Source: Eledone cirrhosa (lineage: Eukaryota). From it: 64,000 bases of DNA. The number at the start of each line of letters is the position of its first letter. The stretch's first letter is position 1. The notes under the pieces are model-generated. The model did no database searches, had not been told where the DNA came from, and saw only the letters and a list, made by a program, of their open reading frames with translations. The DNA is taken from assembly GCA_964016885.1 (NCBI GenBank), contig OZ024747.1, forward strand, positions 58,094,001 to 58,158,000, read 5' to 3'. Below are positions 1-12,985 of the stretch, in pieces. Both the position numbers and the translations under genes were made by a program.

Positions 1-1053
1 GGTGATCAGGTGTGGTCTCCGTTTGCTAGACACGTCTTTCCCCAGCTCGTCTCCTTGCCGGAGCTGCAGTCCTGGGTCAAGCGAAGACCGAGAGGGAGCG
101 CTTGGAGACTGGAATGTCTTCAGGCGCTCACAGCCCTCGACCAATCGGGCAATGTGATCGGTGGAAATTCCACCTTGGCGTTCTATAGAGGATTAGTGGA
201 GGGGAAGAGCGACGACGTACTTGGAGAAACTCTAGGCGTCGACGAAAATCAACTAGCCTATCTCTTCGGAAGGACTTGCGGGCCGGGACCTAAGGACAAC
301 TTCCAGAAATCCATGGCCTGGCAGTGCTACCGAGGAGCTTTGCCAGTTCGGGATAAACTCTACAGGCATGGTGGTGCCGTCAGCCAGGCATGTCTATGCT
401 TGCAGGGTGACGAAACCGTCCTGCACGCACTCGTCCAGTGTCCGAGCATTGCTGACTTGTGGGTTTATGTCGAACACCTGCTGTCACGTGTAGGACGGAT
501 CTGGCTATCAGATGAGTCCATCGTGAGGATTGCCCCGCCCTCTTCCTTTAGCCGGGAAGGGCAGGCAGTTTCTATCTGTCTGGTGGCCATGGCGAAAGAG
601 ATTATATGGTGGACACGTTTGAAAGGGCTGAAGACGAGCACTTACCTATTCGGTTATGCCCTGATTAACTTTTTCAAATTTCATTTGAAAATGAAAATCA
701 GGGTAGAGAGGGAAGTGCTCTGCTCCCAGCATTTTGTTGAAAGATGGGTGAGAGAAGCAAGTATGGCCCGAGTGAATGGGCCTACTCTGAGTATGTGTCT
801 GTAAATTAAAGGTGGAAAACTGGGAGAGGGCACTTGCCCTGGTGGTCAGGGTCACTGTGGCCTTTTAATGAGCTTTCTCCACAAATGTCCCTGGGAAGTC
901 TCCCTCCTATTGGGGAATTTTTCATTGTTATTTTTTATTACATCGTCTGTTTTTTTTTTTACACGCAGAAATGCCCATTTGTACCGTCCTGTATTTTCGT
1001 GTACACTCCTTAATTTCTACTTTATGTAAACCCTTGTGGTTAATAAAGAAAGA
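1..1053 (+). mobile_element. 3' portion of L1/Tx1-clade non-LTR retrotransposon (ORF2 C-terminus with zf-RVT-like region, 3' UTR); continues off the window edge
   Basis: ORF 10-804 contains W..YRGALPVRDKL...C.C..GDETVLHALVQCP, typical of the C-terminal Zn-binding region of L1/Tx1 ORF2. AATAAA at 1042 is followed by (ATT)n(AGT)n. Homologous to 58181-58890. Confidence 0.85.
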
Positions 1054-1139
<86 letters not shown>

Positions 1140-1142
1140 GAC

Positions 1143-1330
1143 AGTGGATTGGCAGTCTCGAATGAGCATAGGCTATGTCCCAATATGTTATGAGTTACAT
1201 CCCGCCAAGGTTAAATTTGCATTTCATCCTTACGAAGTCTATATATTAAAGTACCAGTAACCAAATAGTTTACTCGACTTACCTCTCCCCGAAAAGTGTT
1301 GGCCTTGTACCTAAATCAGAAGCCACCATT
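1143..1330 (+). mobile_element. degenerate tRNA-derived SINE (family S1)
   Basis: GTGGATTGGCAG head, CCCGCCAAGGTTAA..TTTCATCCTTACG..AAAGTACCAGT core and GGCCTTGT end, shared with the copies at 2947, 17555 and 63220. Confidence 0.7.
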
Positions 1331-1989
1331 TGTCTGATTCTAGCCACCATTTTCCTAGTCACGTGTCTGAAATGCTTTATATTAGATGGGAGATATGTGG
1401 TTAATACATCATATGAGCCTCGGTGAAGAGGTCACCCTAGATCTAACTTAACTGAAGTCAATTTTCACTTCCTTTATTCCGTGATTAATTAAAGTACTAT
1501 TCTAGTGTAGTGGTAAACATTGTACAACAATATTACGGATACATACTGACACTTTTCTATTAGTTCACGCGACAAGTCAATCTATGGCTTTCGAGGCTAA
1601 AGCAATCGCCGATTAAAATCAGCTCAGCCGACCACATATTTGCATTTGAATCTTAATGAAGGGTAAATGTTGATACCTTTAACGCACTGAGGAGGTTTCA
1701 TTTCTCAGTCATTAAAACCTGTTGAGTTTCATCTGTTTATATTAATGCAACCAAGAATTGTTAATCACTGTTTTGAAGGTTTGAAATCTCTGAACGTTTT
1801 GTCTTTCAGCAAACACATATTCTCGATCTTTGCAGGAGCAATCCGTTTTGTCTGTATTATGATATATACTTACGACTATCAAATATGATTTTTTTCCTCA
1901 CCCTTTTCGCGAGGTAAACTCAGCAGTAGTAGGTGTGAAATGTTCTTTACACATTTCTATTTTATCATTCTTATTCCTGATAGGGAAGT

Positions 1990-2200
1990 GTATTGGCAGG
2001 TAGTTGAGCGTTGGACAATATGCTTTATGACGCAGGATTACACTCATTACGATCTGATTTCAAATGCTGCCGAGGTAAGGTTTGCTTTTCATCCTTACAG
2101 GGTCGATCAAGTAAAGAACCATTAATGCATTGGGGTCAATTTAATCGACTTTCCCCTTCCGCTATAATTGTTGGCCATGTATCTAAATCAGAAACCATTA
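1990..2200 (+). mobile_element. degenerate SINE S1
   Basis: TTGGCAG..; GATTTCAAATGCTGCCGAGGT..TTTCATCCTTACAGGGTCGATC core. Confidence 0.7.
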
Positions 2201-2684
2201 TTCTTATTCTTGTTGCATCACTGGTTGGTTACATGAAACATTTTTTTCCCAATGTTGTTAAAGAGGATTTTCAATACAAACTAAATTTGACTATCTCTAC
2301 CAGATAGGTTTTTTTCTCTATTCCCATTAGTAAGTGTTGATTTATCAATGTCAAATCCGTTTTACTTTCATTGTTTTCTACTTCTTACGTTACAGTAGCT
2401 GAAATAGTTTTAAATGAAGAGCAGCACTGCGCTCTCATTTGGGCAAATTCGTATAGCACACGTGTATATTTTGTTGTTTTTCATTTTCAGATGGTTTCAA
2501 GTTTCTTTTTTTATTTCTATCAGCATGATGAGGGATATTTTATTAAGCCACTCACGTATGATCAAGTTTGTTTACTAGAAAACAGCGTAAATAAAGTTTA
2601 AATCACAATTTCGTTGTTTAAGATCCCATACAGATCCCGCGAAAGAGAACCACAGAATCAATATTGATTATTATATACGAAAGT

Positions 2685-2688
<4 letters not shown>

Positions 2689-2723
<35 letters not shown>

Positions 2724-2730
2724 CTCTCTC

Positions 2731-2796
<66 letters not shown>

Positions 2797-2822
2797 GTGT
2801 GTGTGTGTGTGTTCGTGTGTGT
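2689..2822. repeat. compound (CT)n(GT)n microsatellite
   Basis: Read directly from the sequence. Confidence 0.95.
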
Positions 2823-2946
2823 GTTCGTATGTGTTGTTTATTTAATATTTAAAAACACAATCCAAGCACATGTGGTGGCTGTACACATTTTCATGCCATA
2901 ATTCGAACACCATTTGACTTTATTTCAAATTATTATTACATCTCAA

Positions 2947-3135
2947 GGGCGGTGAATTGGCAGTATCGGTAGAGGGTCGGACATGTTTTCCAGCATAGTT
3001 ACGTCCCTTTACGATCTGAGTTCAAATCCCGCCGAGGTTAACTTTGCCTTTCAGCATTACTAGGTCGATAAAATAAAGTACCAGTTTTGTACTGGGTAAT
3101 TGCTGGCCTTGTGCCGAAGGTAGAAACAATTATTA
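2947..3135 (+). mobile_element. tRNA-derived SINE S1
   Basis: A-box-like TGGCAGTATCGG, B-box GAGTTCAAATCC and central GCCTTTCA..GTCGATAAAATAAAGTACCAGT; flanked by ATTATTACAT direct repeats. Confidence 0.85.
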
Positions 3136-3557
3136 CATTTCAGCATTTATGTAACTGCATTTGAAACATTTTCAATACTATATGTCAAACCTCTAACAAC
3201 TATATGTTTTGAAATATAAGTGAAACTTATTTACGTTGGAAATTAATCCTTTGATTTGTATACATATTAACCAGAATAGTAGAGAGGTTTATGACACCAC
3301 CCGGTAGAAAGCAGAATATTTTATTAGCCAATTTCATGCGAAAACAACCTCGCAACATAAATATGTTAATATAAAGTATAATATATTCATTTCCACATTC
3401 CTCTCGGTCGTTGAAGATGGAAAGAATATTGGAGAATAAAACAAATCAGAATAGAACACGTTTTCAGAATCGTGGCCTTTAGCAATAACAAGCAAGGGAA
3501 TATGTGTCAGTAATTCGTTGTGTATTATGAACAGACACACAATCGCTATTTACATGC

Positions 3558-3665
<108 letters not shown>

Positions 3666-3679
3666 TTAAAAAAATATAC

Positions 3680-3741
<62 letters not shown>

Positions 3742-4157
3742 GAGAGGTATAGAGATTGTTTTAGCAAGAAGCTAACGGTATTCTATAACATATATGCGAC
3801 TATAACGTCAAGATGGGAAAAGTAGTTAACGAAAGATTTAGGAAAAATAACTCAAACTCATCTCAAAAGAGAATCAGGATATAAATTCATCCACAGAATT
3901 TAGTAAAATCCAAGGAAAAATCTATAGACCTTTAACTCATGATAAAATAAAGTTTGAAACACTTATCCTTCAATTTGGAATAACATCAAATGCTCTGTAT
4001 AGTCTTAAAAGACTATTTCATGAAAACTTTCAGTGGAGATGGTCACGGTTGGATATATATATATGTGTGTGTATATATATATATATACATATATAAACAT
4101 ATTTGTGTGTATATATAAATTATAAATATAAATATATAAATTATATTTATATATATA

Positions 4158-4980
4158 CTAGGTGACGTACCCAGCTTCGCCCGGGTAAACGGATGATAAG
4201 AGAAGACAGGTAAAAGAGAAAATGAGGCGGGTCCGTGGCGTCTGTGTGATACAAAAAACAGTATAAAAAATATTCCAGATATACCAGATTCTTCATTGTA
4301 CCATTTGTGCATAGTATATGAACAATTCTAGGTGCTCCCATCTAGAATAGTGACCTCTAGGAGATGGTTCATCTTCTGTCTGACTGTAAAACGTGTATCA
4401 TTGCATAGGCGTGGTTGTTCCACGTTTCTCAAAAGGATGATGGAAGTTCCAATCTTTTATATTATATGTAGATATACATATAGATAATTAATATAAAAGA
4501 TGATGCTCAACCAGTTCGTCTTCAACCATCGCAGCACGCCGTCGCTGCTTGGCACCAGTGTTTCGTTGGCGTTGTTCAGCCAGCACCTCTTCATTTATGG
4601 CGGCACGTCTTCGCCTCTGAAATTCGGCGTTGCGATGTCGCTGTTCGGCCCGTTTTTCTTCATTCCTGGCTGCACGCCGTCGCCGCTGTAGTTCACTGTT
4701 TGATAAAGTCGAATTGTTTTTAGTTTCAGTCTAACGCTGCACGCACGCACACACACATTAACATACGCGCACGTACATACACACGCAACCATGGTAATAG
4801 TTACAGTGTTCATTTTGCCTCTGTTTCTTACTCTCCCCTCTCACTCCCTCATTGGTATTATGCATATTAATTTAAGTTTGGCGTCGTTGTGGTGGGCGGA
4901 GTCGTTTGAAACCTACAAGCCAATGACAATCGAGAACTATGACACACGGAATACTGACATTGTTGAAATTAATATATAGA
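4158..4980 (-). mobile_element. non-autonomous Helitron remnant with Pif1-helicase fragment
   Basis: The minus strand ends in a GC-rich hairpin-like CCCGGGCGAAGCTGGG about 8 nt before CTAG|T (4158-4185). 4379-4456 minus reads KIGTSIILLRNVEQPRLCNDTRFTVR, matching the Helitron helicase motif KVGxPIMLLRNxxPPxLCNGTRL. Candidate A|TC 5' ends are at 4500 or 4980; the extent is uncertain. Confidence 0.7.
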
Positions 4981-4995
4981 TATATAGATAAATAT

Positions 4996-5106
<111 letters not shown>

Positions 5107-5362
5107 CACAGAAAAAAAGAGAATGGAATTTATTGGACACATTACAATCGTTTCTCTGGCGACCAGCTCGAGGCACAATCGATGTGACGATCGAACCCGA
5201 CTCTGAAATTTGCAAGGACCTCAGATACGCCTTCATTCTACGAAGCAGATTTTGTGTGATATCATACACTGCTTTATGAGAGCATCGAGTGCTCATACGG
5301 ACTACCGTATACGGACGCTTGAAGCATCCAACACGAATTATATATATAAATATATATGTATG

Positions 5363-5564
<202 letters not shown>

Positions 5565-5679
5565 CACATATTAATTAGATATATATTTATAAATATATAA
5601 ATTATATATATTTATATATATATATATATATACATATGTGTGTGTTTGTGGGTATGTTGGTATGCCTGTGCACACACAC

Positions 5680-5736
<57 letters not shown>

Positions 5737-5902
5737 GCACATATTACTCATAGTCTCTCTTCAGTCACGTGGTTAGGATTAGATGAGGGTCTACCTAGAA
5801 GATTAACAAAAACGTTGACAACAATATCAATAACACTGCTAACAATGATAATTATTTTTTTTCTGTATGTGTGTGTGTGAGGGGGAGGGGGATTTTCGAT
5901 AA

Positions 5903-5952
5903 GTTTGCCGGATGACCCTTTGATGAACAGACGAAACTCTAGAGTAACAAGA
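5903..5952 (+). ncRNA. degenerate minimal hammerhead ribozyme motif, probably a PLE terminal-repeat remnant
   Basis: CGGATGA (core U4 mutated) ... GAAA CTCTAGAG TA, with a perfectly palindromic stem III (ACTCTAGAGT) and weak stem I TTTG/CAAG. Stem II is degraded. Confidence 0.4.
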
Positions 5953-6648
5953 CACACATGTTAGCATTTATATAAATGAATATTAAAGCCCTACTTATTC
6001 AGTACACCTTTCTCTCAGCTGTCAACCACATACGGATATACATATGTGTATATATATATATAATCCTTATCGTGCCCTTTTCGTATTTTAGTTTTCACAT
6101 GTATTATATAGATATATACAAGTTTGACCATCAGGCAGATAAAGTTGACTATATAAATAATCAATTAAAACGGAGCAAGTTTGGAATGTAGGTTTGAAGA
6201 AAAAATAGATAAATGTTTACAAACGTTTTTCTCCCGCTCTCTCTCTCTCTCTATATATATATGTATATATATATAGGAAAAAGTATGACCCCGCGGGCAG
6301 AGCTCAAGCCGTTTCGACGGCTATTTCTGGACTAAATTAGAACTTTTAGCCTGGTGAATAAATAGCCGAACTTTTCAAGGGCGTACTTCCTTATATGGGA
6401 ATATTGTAGTTGTCAAGAGGATTGGTTAAAATTTGTTGTAAACACAAATAAGTCTATCATGGCATTTGGTGGGAGGTAGGAGTGGGTAAAAACTTGCCTG
6501 TAGAACAATAGGGGAGTGAGTGGAGCGGTCAAGCGTTGAAAGTGATATGTATACAGCAGATTATAAGGATAGTGTATGAAGTGGAGGAGGGAGGTTATAG
6601 AATAGGTAAATCGAATGAGAGTAGGAGACAATAAAAGATAATTGAAGT

Positions 6649-6745
6649 ACCCCCTTGAAAAGTTCGGCTATTTATTCACCAGGCTAAACATTCTAATTTA
6701 GTCCAGAAATAGCCGTCGAAACAGCTTGAGCTCTGTCGTCGGCGT
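6649..6745 (+). ncRNA. type I hammerhead ribozyme in 5' pLTR (U3-A8 core variant; stems partly mutated)
   Basis: CCCC-TTGAAAA-(long stem II CGGCTATTT/AAATAGCCG)-GAAA-stem III-GTC-GGCGT. Confidence 0.65.
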
Positions 6746-6930
6746 CATACGTTTTCCCATTTACCACTCTACTACCCTAAGTATTGAGTACTCTGGTGCA
6801 TTATGGTCCATCTGGTTCCTTACCACAATTGCTTTGTTATTTAGCTCCTATCTCTGTAGTAGAGCACTTTCCGACTCTACCACGCCATATCCTGACTTTT
6901 CCAATCAGCTCAAGTTTCTTCAACCGCACG

Positions 6931-9060
6931 ATGCAAAAACACAACATCGACTTCTCCACCAAGAACATCCCAGTTCCACCGAGAAAACTTTACCTTCGGA
7001 TGCTCACGCAAAAAATCGACCCTTTTGCGAAAAGAATAAGATGGAGAACCTTTTTCTACTATGGATACCGCGACAATCAGGATTTCGACACCAAGGAGAG
7101 ATTCGGATTCAATACCTACAAATCTCCCCCTCCGAACCCTATGCTCTCACCATTCAAGAACGACCTTTTTTGCACCTGGTCAAGAACATTCAATTCAAAC
7201 CCAGACACAACAGATTTCTACAACAACTCCGTAGCAAAATAACAGAGTATGAAAACACCAACGACATCATGGTGCACTCGGACAAAACAGGAAACCTCTA
7301 TTTCGTCAACCCTGACAGATACCACACACTGATCAGGAGCAGCCTAAACTCCACCTATAAAAAGTCTAACCATTCAATTATCGAGGACATAAATCGAGAT
7401 GGACAACAAATTACCTACAGCCTCGGGGTCGCCGACCGCACTGAACCCCAAGACCCATGGACTCCCTACTTCACACTGAAGGACCACAAATCCGACTTCG
7501 ACCGCAGACCATCCATTAGGCATATAAACCCAACGAAGTCGGACATAGGGAGAATCAATAAAAAGATCCTAGACCGAGTTATAGCACAAGTTAAGCTAAA
7601 CGTGTGACTTAGCCTATGGGTCAGCACTCAGGAAGTAATCTCATGGTTCAGGAATATGGCGGACAAACGAGACACATAATTCATCCAGTTTGACATACAG
7701 AGTTACTATGCATCTATTACCTTACCCCTCCTTACGGCCGCCTTGGACTTTGCCGAAACACTCACACCCATCACTGACCAGGAAAGAAATATCATTCTCC
7801 ACGCCAGGAAGAGAGTCCTACTTTTCGACAACTCTAAGTGGATAAAGAGAGCTCCCGACTCCCCCTTCGACGTCAGTATGGGCGCGACGGATCCGGCGGA
7901 GGTCACAGATCTTATAGGATTATTCCTACTATTTAAACTCACCGAAATGTTTCCTGCATTCGCCGGTGGATTGTACCGGGATGATGGGCTCCTCACCCTC
8001 AAAGGGAACAACCCCAGTAGTACAGACCGGGTCCGTAAACAACTAATCAACTTCTTCCGAGACTTGGGATTTAAAATCACACTACAAACGTCCCTAACCC
8101 GAGTCAATTTCCTGGACGTTACCTTTAACCTCCAAAATGCTCTGTACTACCCATACAGGAAACCAAACGACAACATGCACTACATCCACAGCCGCTCTAA
8201 CCATCCTAGAAACATCACCAATAACCTGGTTGAAAACATCTCCCTCCGCATATCTCGTTTGTCCGCTAATAAGCTGATTTTCGACGAACACGCGACTCAT
8301 TACAACCAAGCCCTCGGGCGGAGTGGTTTCCGGGAGGAAATATCCTTTTATCCAGCTTCCCTTAGCGGATCCAGCAGGCGACACCGTCGCTCATGCAACG
8401 TAACGTAGTTCAATCTTCCCCATAATGCCGAGGTGGCAACACCTATCAGGAAAATCTTCTTTAGACTCCTCGAAAAACATTTCCCACTACAACACCGCTA
8501 CCACAACATAATCAACAAAAACACCATGAAACTCTCCTACAGCACCACACCTAACTTCGCACGAAAAATCATCTCCTCAAACATCAACAAAAATCAATAC
8601 CTATGGAAGAAATAACCTAGACATCAGTGGAGAGCCGACCAGGAGGTGTATCTGCCCTGATAGATCTACGTGCCCTCTCAACAACAAATGCCGAAAACGT
8701 AACGTGATCTACCAGTGCAATGTGAGGACGGACACCTCCAACAAAGCTTATATAGGATTAACCGCGTGTGACTTCAAGACCCGGCTCTACCAACACCGAC
8801 ATACTTTCCGAAGCCCGGTTCGGCGACATGCCACTACACTCTCGGGCCACATCTGGGACCTCCAAGATAATAATATAACCTACAATCTCACTTGGAGCTT
8901 ACTGTCCAAAGCTAACTCTTACACGGGAGGACGTCGTCCGTGTAACCTATGCTCGGAGGTAACATTACAAATGTTGTTTTCGAAGGACCAACTCCTAAAC
9001 AAGAAAGACGAACTGGTAACCGCATGCAAACACAGATTGCGTAGGACTTACTCAATAACG
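6931..9060 (+). pseudogene. disrupted PLE polyprotein (reverse transcriptase + C-terminal GIY-YIG endonuclease)
   Basis: ATG 6931 MQKHNIDFSTKNIPVP..RIRWRTFF; RT motifs DKTGN, FIQFDI..YYASI, FDVSMGA.D.AEV..LIG, GLYRDDGL, NFLDVTF, YRKPN..SNHP; GIY-YIG region VIYQC..AYIGLT..FKTRLYQH..CNLC..LN..CKH. Frameshifts near 7170 and 8610; stops at 7605, ~7678 and 8406. Confidence 0.9.
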
Positions 9061-9749
9061 ACCCGGGTGGGTAGACAAGGGCTGATACCCTCCTACTTGC
9101 CGAATAAGTTAGGGGAAACCCCAGCTTACTTAGGTAGATGTATCTCTTTTCTTTTCCTCTTTGTCTTCTTCTTCCCCGTCTCATCCTATCACTTCCTTCC
9201 ACCCCTATTTTCTTCCACGTCTGCTTTTCCCTTTCGCCTACCCCGATGCAGCCCATCGGGCCTCTGTAGCATCAGTTCCCCCACCCCTGTAATTTTAAGA
9301 TAGAATTGGCCGAATACGTTTTACTGACTACGTATAGCAGACGTGTTAAACCCCTTTAATTCTGTATCAGTTCTGGTACTACCCAATTTCTACAAGTTTT
9401 TTTCTATTATCAACTTATTAACCTGTAATTGTAAGATAGCATTGTGATTTTTTTTCATTTCTCACTATCTAATTTTTTTTTTTTCTTCTTTCTATTATCT
9501 TTTATTGCCTCCTACTCTCATTCGATTTACCTATTCTATAACCTCCCTCCTCCACTTCATACACTACCCTTAGAATCTGCTATATACATATCACATTCAA
9601 CGCTTGACCGCTCCACTCACTCCCCTATTGTTCTACAGGCAAGTTCCGCCACACCTACCTCCCACCAAATACTATGATAGACTTATTTGTGTTTACAACA
9701 CATTTTAACCAATCCTCTTGACAACTACAATCTTCCCATATAAAGAAGT

Positions 9750-9846
9750 ACCCCCTTGAAAAGTTCGGCTATTTATTCACCAGGCTAAAAATTCTAATTT
9801 AGTCCAGAAATAGCCGTCGAAACGGCTTGAGCTCTGCCGTTGGGGT
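9750..9846 (+). ncRNA. type I hammerhead ribozyme in 3' pLTR (U3-A8 core variant)
   Basis: Stem I CCCC/GGGG; core TTGAAAA 9756-9762; stem II CGGCTATTT/AAATAGCCG with nested GGCTAAA/TTTAGTC; GAAA 9819-9822; stem III ACGGC/GCCGT; predicted cleavage after GUU at 9841. Confidence 0.75.
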
Positions 9847-10167
9847 CATACTTTTTCCTATTTACCACTCTACTACCCTAAGTATTGAGTACTCTGGTGC
9901 ATTATGGTCCATCTGGTTCCTTACCACAATTCCTTTGTTATATATATATATATATATATATGAATTTCAAAAACAGTTCTGCGTTTTCAGCAACCGGTAA
10001 AACAGTTTAAATACTCCAGTTAATATTATTATTATTACTACTATGATATATATATATATGATATATTTGTTGTTTTGCAATGTTTTTGATATGAAATCGT
10101 GTATTGAAACAAATATTTTTATATTTGGGGTGGGTCATATTGTTATAATATTGCTAGAAATGATAAT

Positions 10168-10346
10168 TGTTTCTACTTTTGGCACAAGACCAGTAATTAC
10201 TCATTACTGGTACTTTATTTTATCGACCCCGTAAGGATAAAAGGCAAGGTTAACCTCGACGGGATTTGAAATCAGACCGTAAAGGGACGTAACTATGCTG
10301 GAAAGCATGGCGTCCGACCCGCTACCGATACTGCTAATCCACCGCC
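10168..10346 (-). mobile_element. SINE S1 with target-site duplication
   Basis: Reverse complement of the S1 consensus. TSD GCTAGAAATRATAAT at 10153-10167 and 10347-10361. Confidence 0.85.
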
Positions 10347-10464
10347 GCTAGAAATAATAATAAAACACTCACTGTTTGGTTTGGCTTTTGCTTCTGTATC
10401 TTTTATATTTGCATAGTTATTTCATCTGAGAATCAAGTTTCTCATTGATTGAAAAACCGTTAAA

Positions 10465-10559
<95 letters not shown>

Positions 10560-10821
10560 TGTCTATCAAAGTTCTTTCATAACACACGTGTGGCATCATA
10601 AGTGTTACCATTAAGTTTCCTCCCGTTGTTTGCAATGTCTACGCCATTTTTTGTCGTAGATATTACAATAAAGTTCTCATAACATATTTCGCGACAGTCG
10701 CCTATCAGAGAATATTACTATCCATTTTAATATTAAAAAACAGGATTTAAATTTTAGGTATACTCACGGAAATATTTAAACCGAGTCTTTAAAACTAAAG
10801 AAAGAATAATTAAAGAGACTT

Positions 10822-11000
10822 GGAGAGGCAGTATCGGTAAAGCGTCGGACAACATGCTTTACAGCATCGCATTATTGCACTTTACGTTCAAATCCCGCTG
10901 GTACTAGCTTCACCTTACATCATTACAAGGCGATAAAAAAATCTGTAACGCACTTTACTCTCCCCCAAAATGTTTGTCCTTGCCCTAAATCAGAAAACAT
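10822..11000 (+). mobile_element. degenerate SINE S1
   Basis: GGCAGTATCGGTAAAGCGTCGGAC..GTTCAAATCCCGCT. Confidence 0.65.
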
Positions 11001-12224
11001 TATCTTGTGTATTGCTTCTGCTACATAAAGCATTACAATATATTGATACTTACACAGCTAGCTACATTGGTCTTGTGAAATTGTTAATGTCGTATAAATT
11101 TAACTGACAAACGAATACGATTTTCATATAATTGACATATTTACTGTTAGTTAGACATCTGACCTATTCAGGTATTTACTTCACTGTTAAATGAATTTAA
11201 ATGTTTATAACTTAGATTTCAACATAATATAAATGAAGATAATTCGTATTGTTTGCACAGTCTTAGACAATGATATTGATTCCGGTGTGCAGCGTACTTT
11301 TGAATATATCTGTAGAACTTTCTACAGTAATGAAATTGTGTAATAATGTTACTGATAAATGCCTTTAGCTATTCGTTATAAATGTAACTTTACAGTACGT
11401 GTTAATAAAATACCATATAGCTAGCTTCACATAGAAGTGAAAGCCATGTTTTTCATCAAATTCGATTACATTTAAATAATAATCTAACTAAATTACGTTA
11501 ACGCAATCTCAGTGAAGTCTTTTCCTAGAAATACCCATCAGGATGATGTTTTCGCAGCATAAATTTCGCTTAGGGTAAGAGCTCTGCTCAACATTAATTT
11601 AGATCTTATATCTTTAATATTCAAACAAGTTCGATGATTGAAAGCTTTCTGCCAACATTCCCCAGTTTCGCCTTTAGAAATATATAAAGAATATATGAAG
11701 TAGATACAATTTCCTACATGAGTCGGAAACGCTGATTGACACATCCGGAAATTTTCTCCCTGGTCAATCAAATAAGTATTGCTACATAATACACATGTAT
11801 TGAATAAAGTTTCTTAATTAGATAGGCTTTCAGCAAATCGTTTGGCGACTTCAATATTAGCGATGTTGATGAAGAGTTGGCCTTACAACATTAACATCAT
11901 AAATCATGAATTCAAAATATAAAACATTTACATGCCCCTCTCCATCGACATATTGCTGACGTTGCTCTATCCATGTTAACAATATTAATAAATCTTAACG
12001 TATTCCATATGTTATAGCTAGTTTTATGTTACATCATGTTCTACAATAGCGTTCTTGAATCATTCTAACATATCTGAACTGTGTTTCCTCATATTAACAC
12101 TCAGGAACCTCCTTCAATGTCGATGCATTAAATGAGATTTTCGAAGGAATGTCATGAAACAAAAATAGTTGAACACCTCTGATTCTTCATGCTCTTCTTG
12201 TGTCCACGAGAATGTCGGCTTCAA

Positions 12225-12560
12225 AGCTTGGCTAGATGTGGTTCTGCCACAGATGAACATATTGCTGTCCTTTCTCATTAAATTCTGCCAAGTCCAACGC
12301 TGTACAGTGGTGTTCTAGCAGTGGGCATATCAGGAGGTACTGCGTAGTCTTTGGTTCGATGCCGCAGTCACACACAACATCCCAATCATTTAAATAATCA
12401 CATTTTGCCAGATTGGCTTTTGCACGACCAACACAAGATCTTATTCGGTTGAGGCATTTCCACACTTCATAGTTTGTATCTACTCCGTGGTCAGTGCCTC
12501 GCCCGCCTTTAGTTTCATTGTTGTTACAAATGGGAGATTGTTAAGTTTTTCTTCCCAGCG
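12225..12560 (-). mobile_element. 3' fragment of Ingi/Vingi-like LINE
   Basis: Translation WKCLNRIRSCVGRAKANL.K..Y.....CDCG...TTQYLL.CP matches the W..LNR.R.GVGR....L.KW...C.CG..QT..H...CP C-terminus of Ingi/I-group RTs. Confidence 0.7.
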
Positions 12561-12719
12561 AATGACACTTTCACTAAGTATGCTCTTGATGTTCCAAGCA
12601 CAGGAATCCCATGGTCGGGACAGGTTAGTGAACTATATCGATTAAGGTTTAGAGTCTTCATCTAAATTAACTTACTTCACAAAATATTTTATATCTAGTT
12701 TCCAAATTATAGGATAATG

Positions 12720-12985
12720 GTGAAAACACCCTTCGACCATGAATGACCATGGGATTTGAACCTAAACGTTCCCCCTCCGAGACACGTCCGGGCAAGTTTA
12801 TTTTTGGAAGACCAGCTGTCACCCATGCATACTAGACTCCTTTCTCCGCGCCACTGATGTTATCCAAGGGAAATGCAAAGTCCGATGTAGCTTTACGCAA
12901 GTGACGTTGCAACTCATTTCTACAACCGAGTAAACTGGAGCGACATGAAATAAATTGCCCTGCTGAAGACAATGTGGGTTGAAGA
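12720..12985 (-). mobile_element. second SINE family (S2), degenerate
   Basis: GAGTAAACTGGAGCGACATGAAATAAATTGCCCTGCTGAAG is the reverse complement of the CTTGAGCAAAAACTTAATTTCACGTTGCTCCAGTATACTC block at ~60633. Confidence 0.55.

Larger units (their letters stand above)
6274..9941 (+). mobile_element. full-length Penelope-like element: inverted terminal arm (6274-6641), 5' pseudo-LTR (~6643-6840), RT-GIY-YIG ORF, 3' pseudo-LTR (~9746-9941), inserted in (TA)n
   Basis: 6274-6641 is the reverse complement of ~9494-9861, and 6643-6840 is a direct repeat of 9746-9941. The ORF motifs are given in the next feature. Confidence 0.93.

Noticed and set aside
2947-3035. tRNA-like A/B boxes here and in other S1/S2 copies
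   Set aside because: SINE heads with no complete cloverleaf, followed by SINE body and TSDs.
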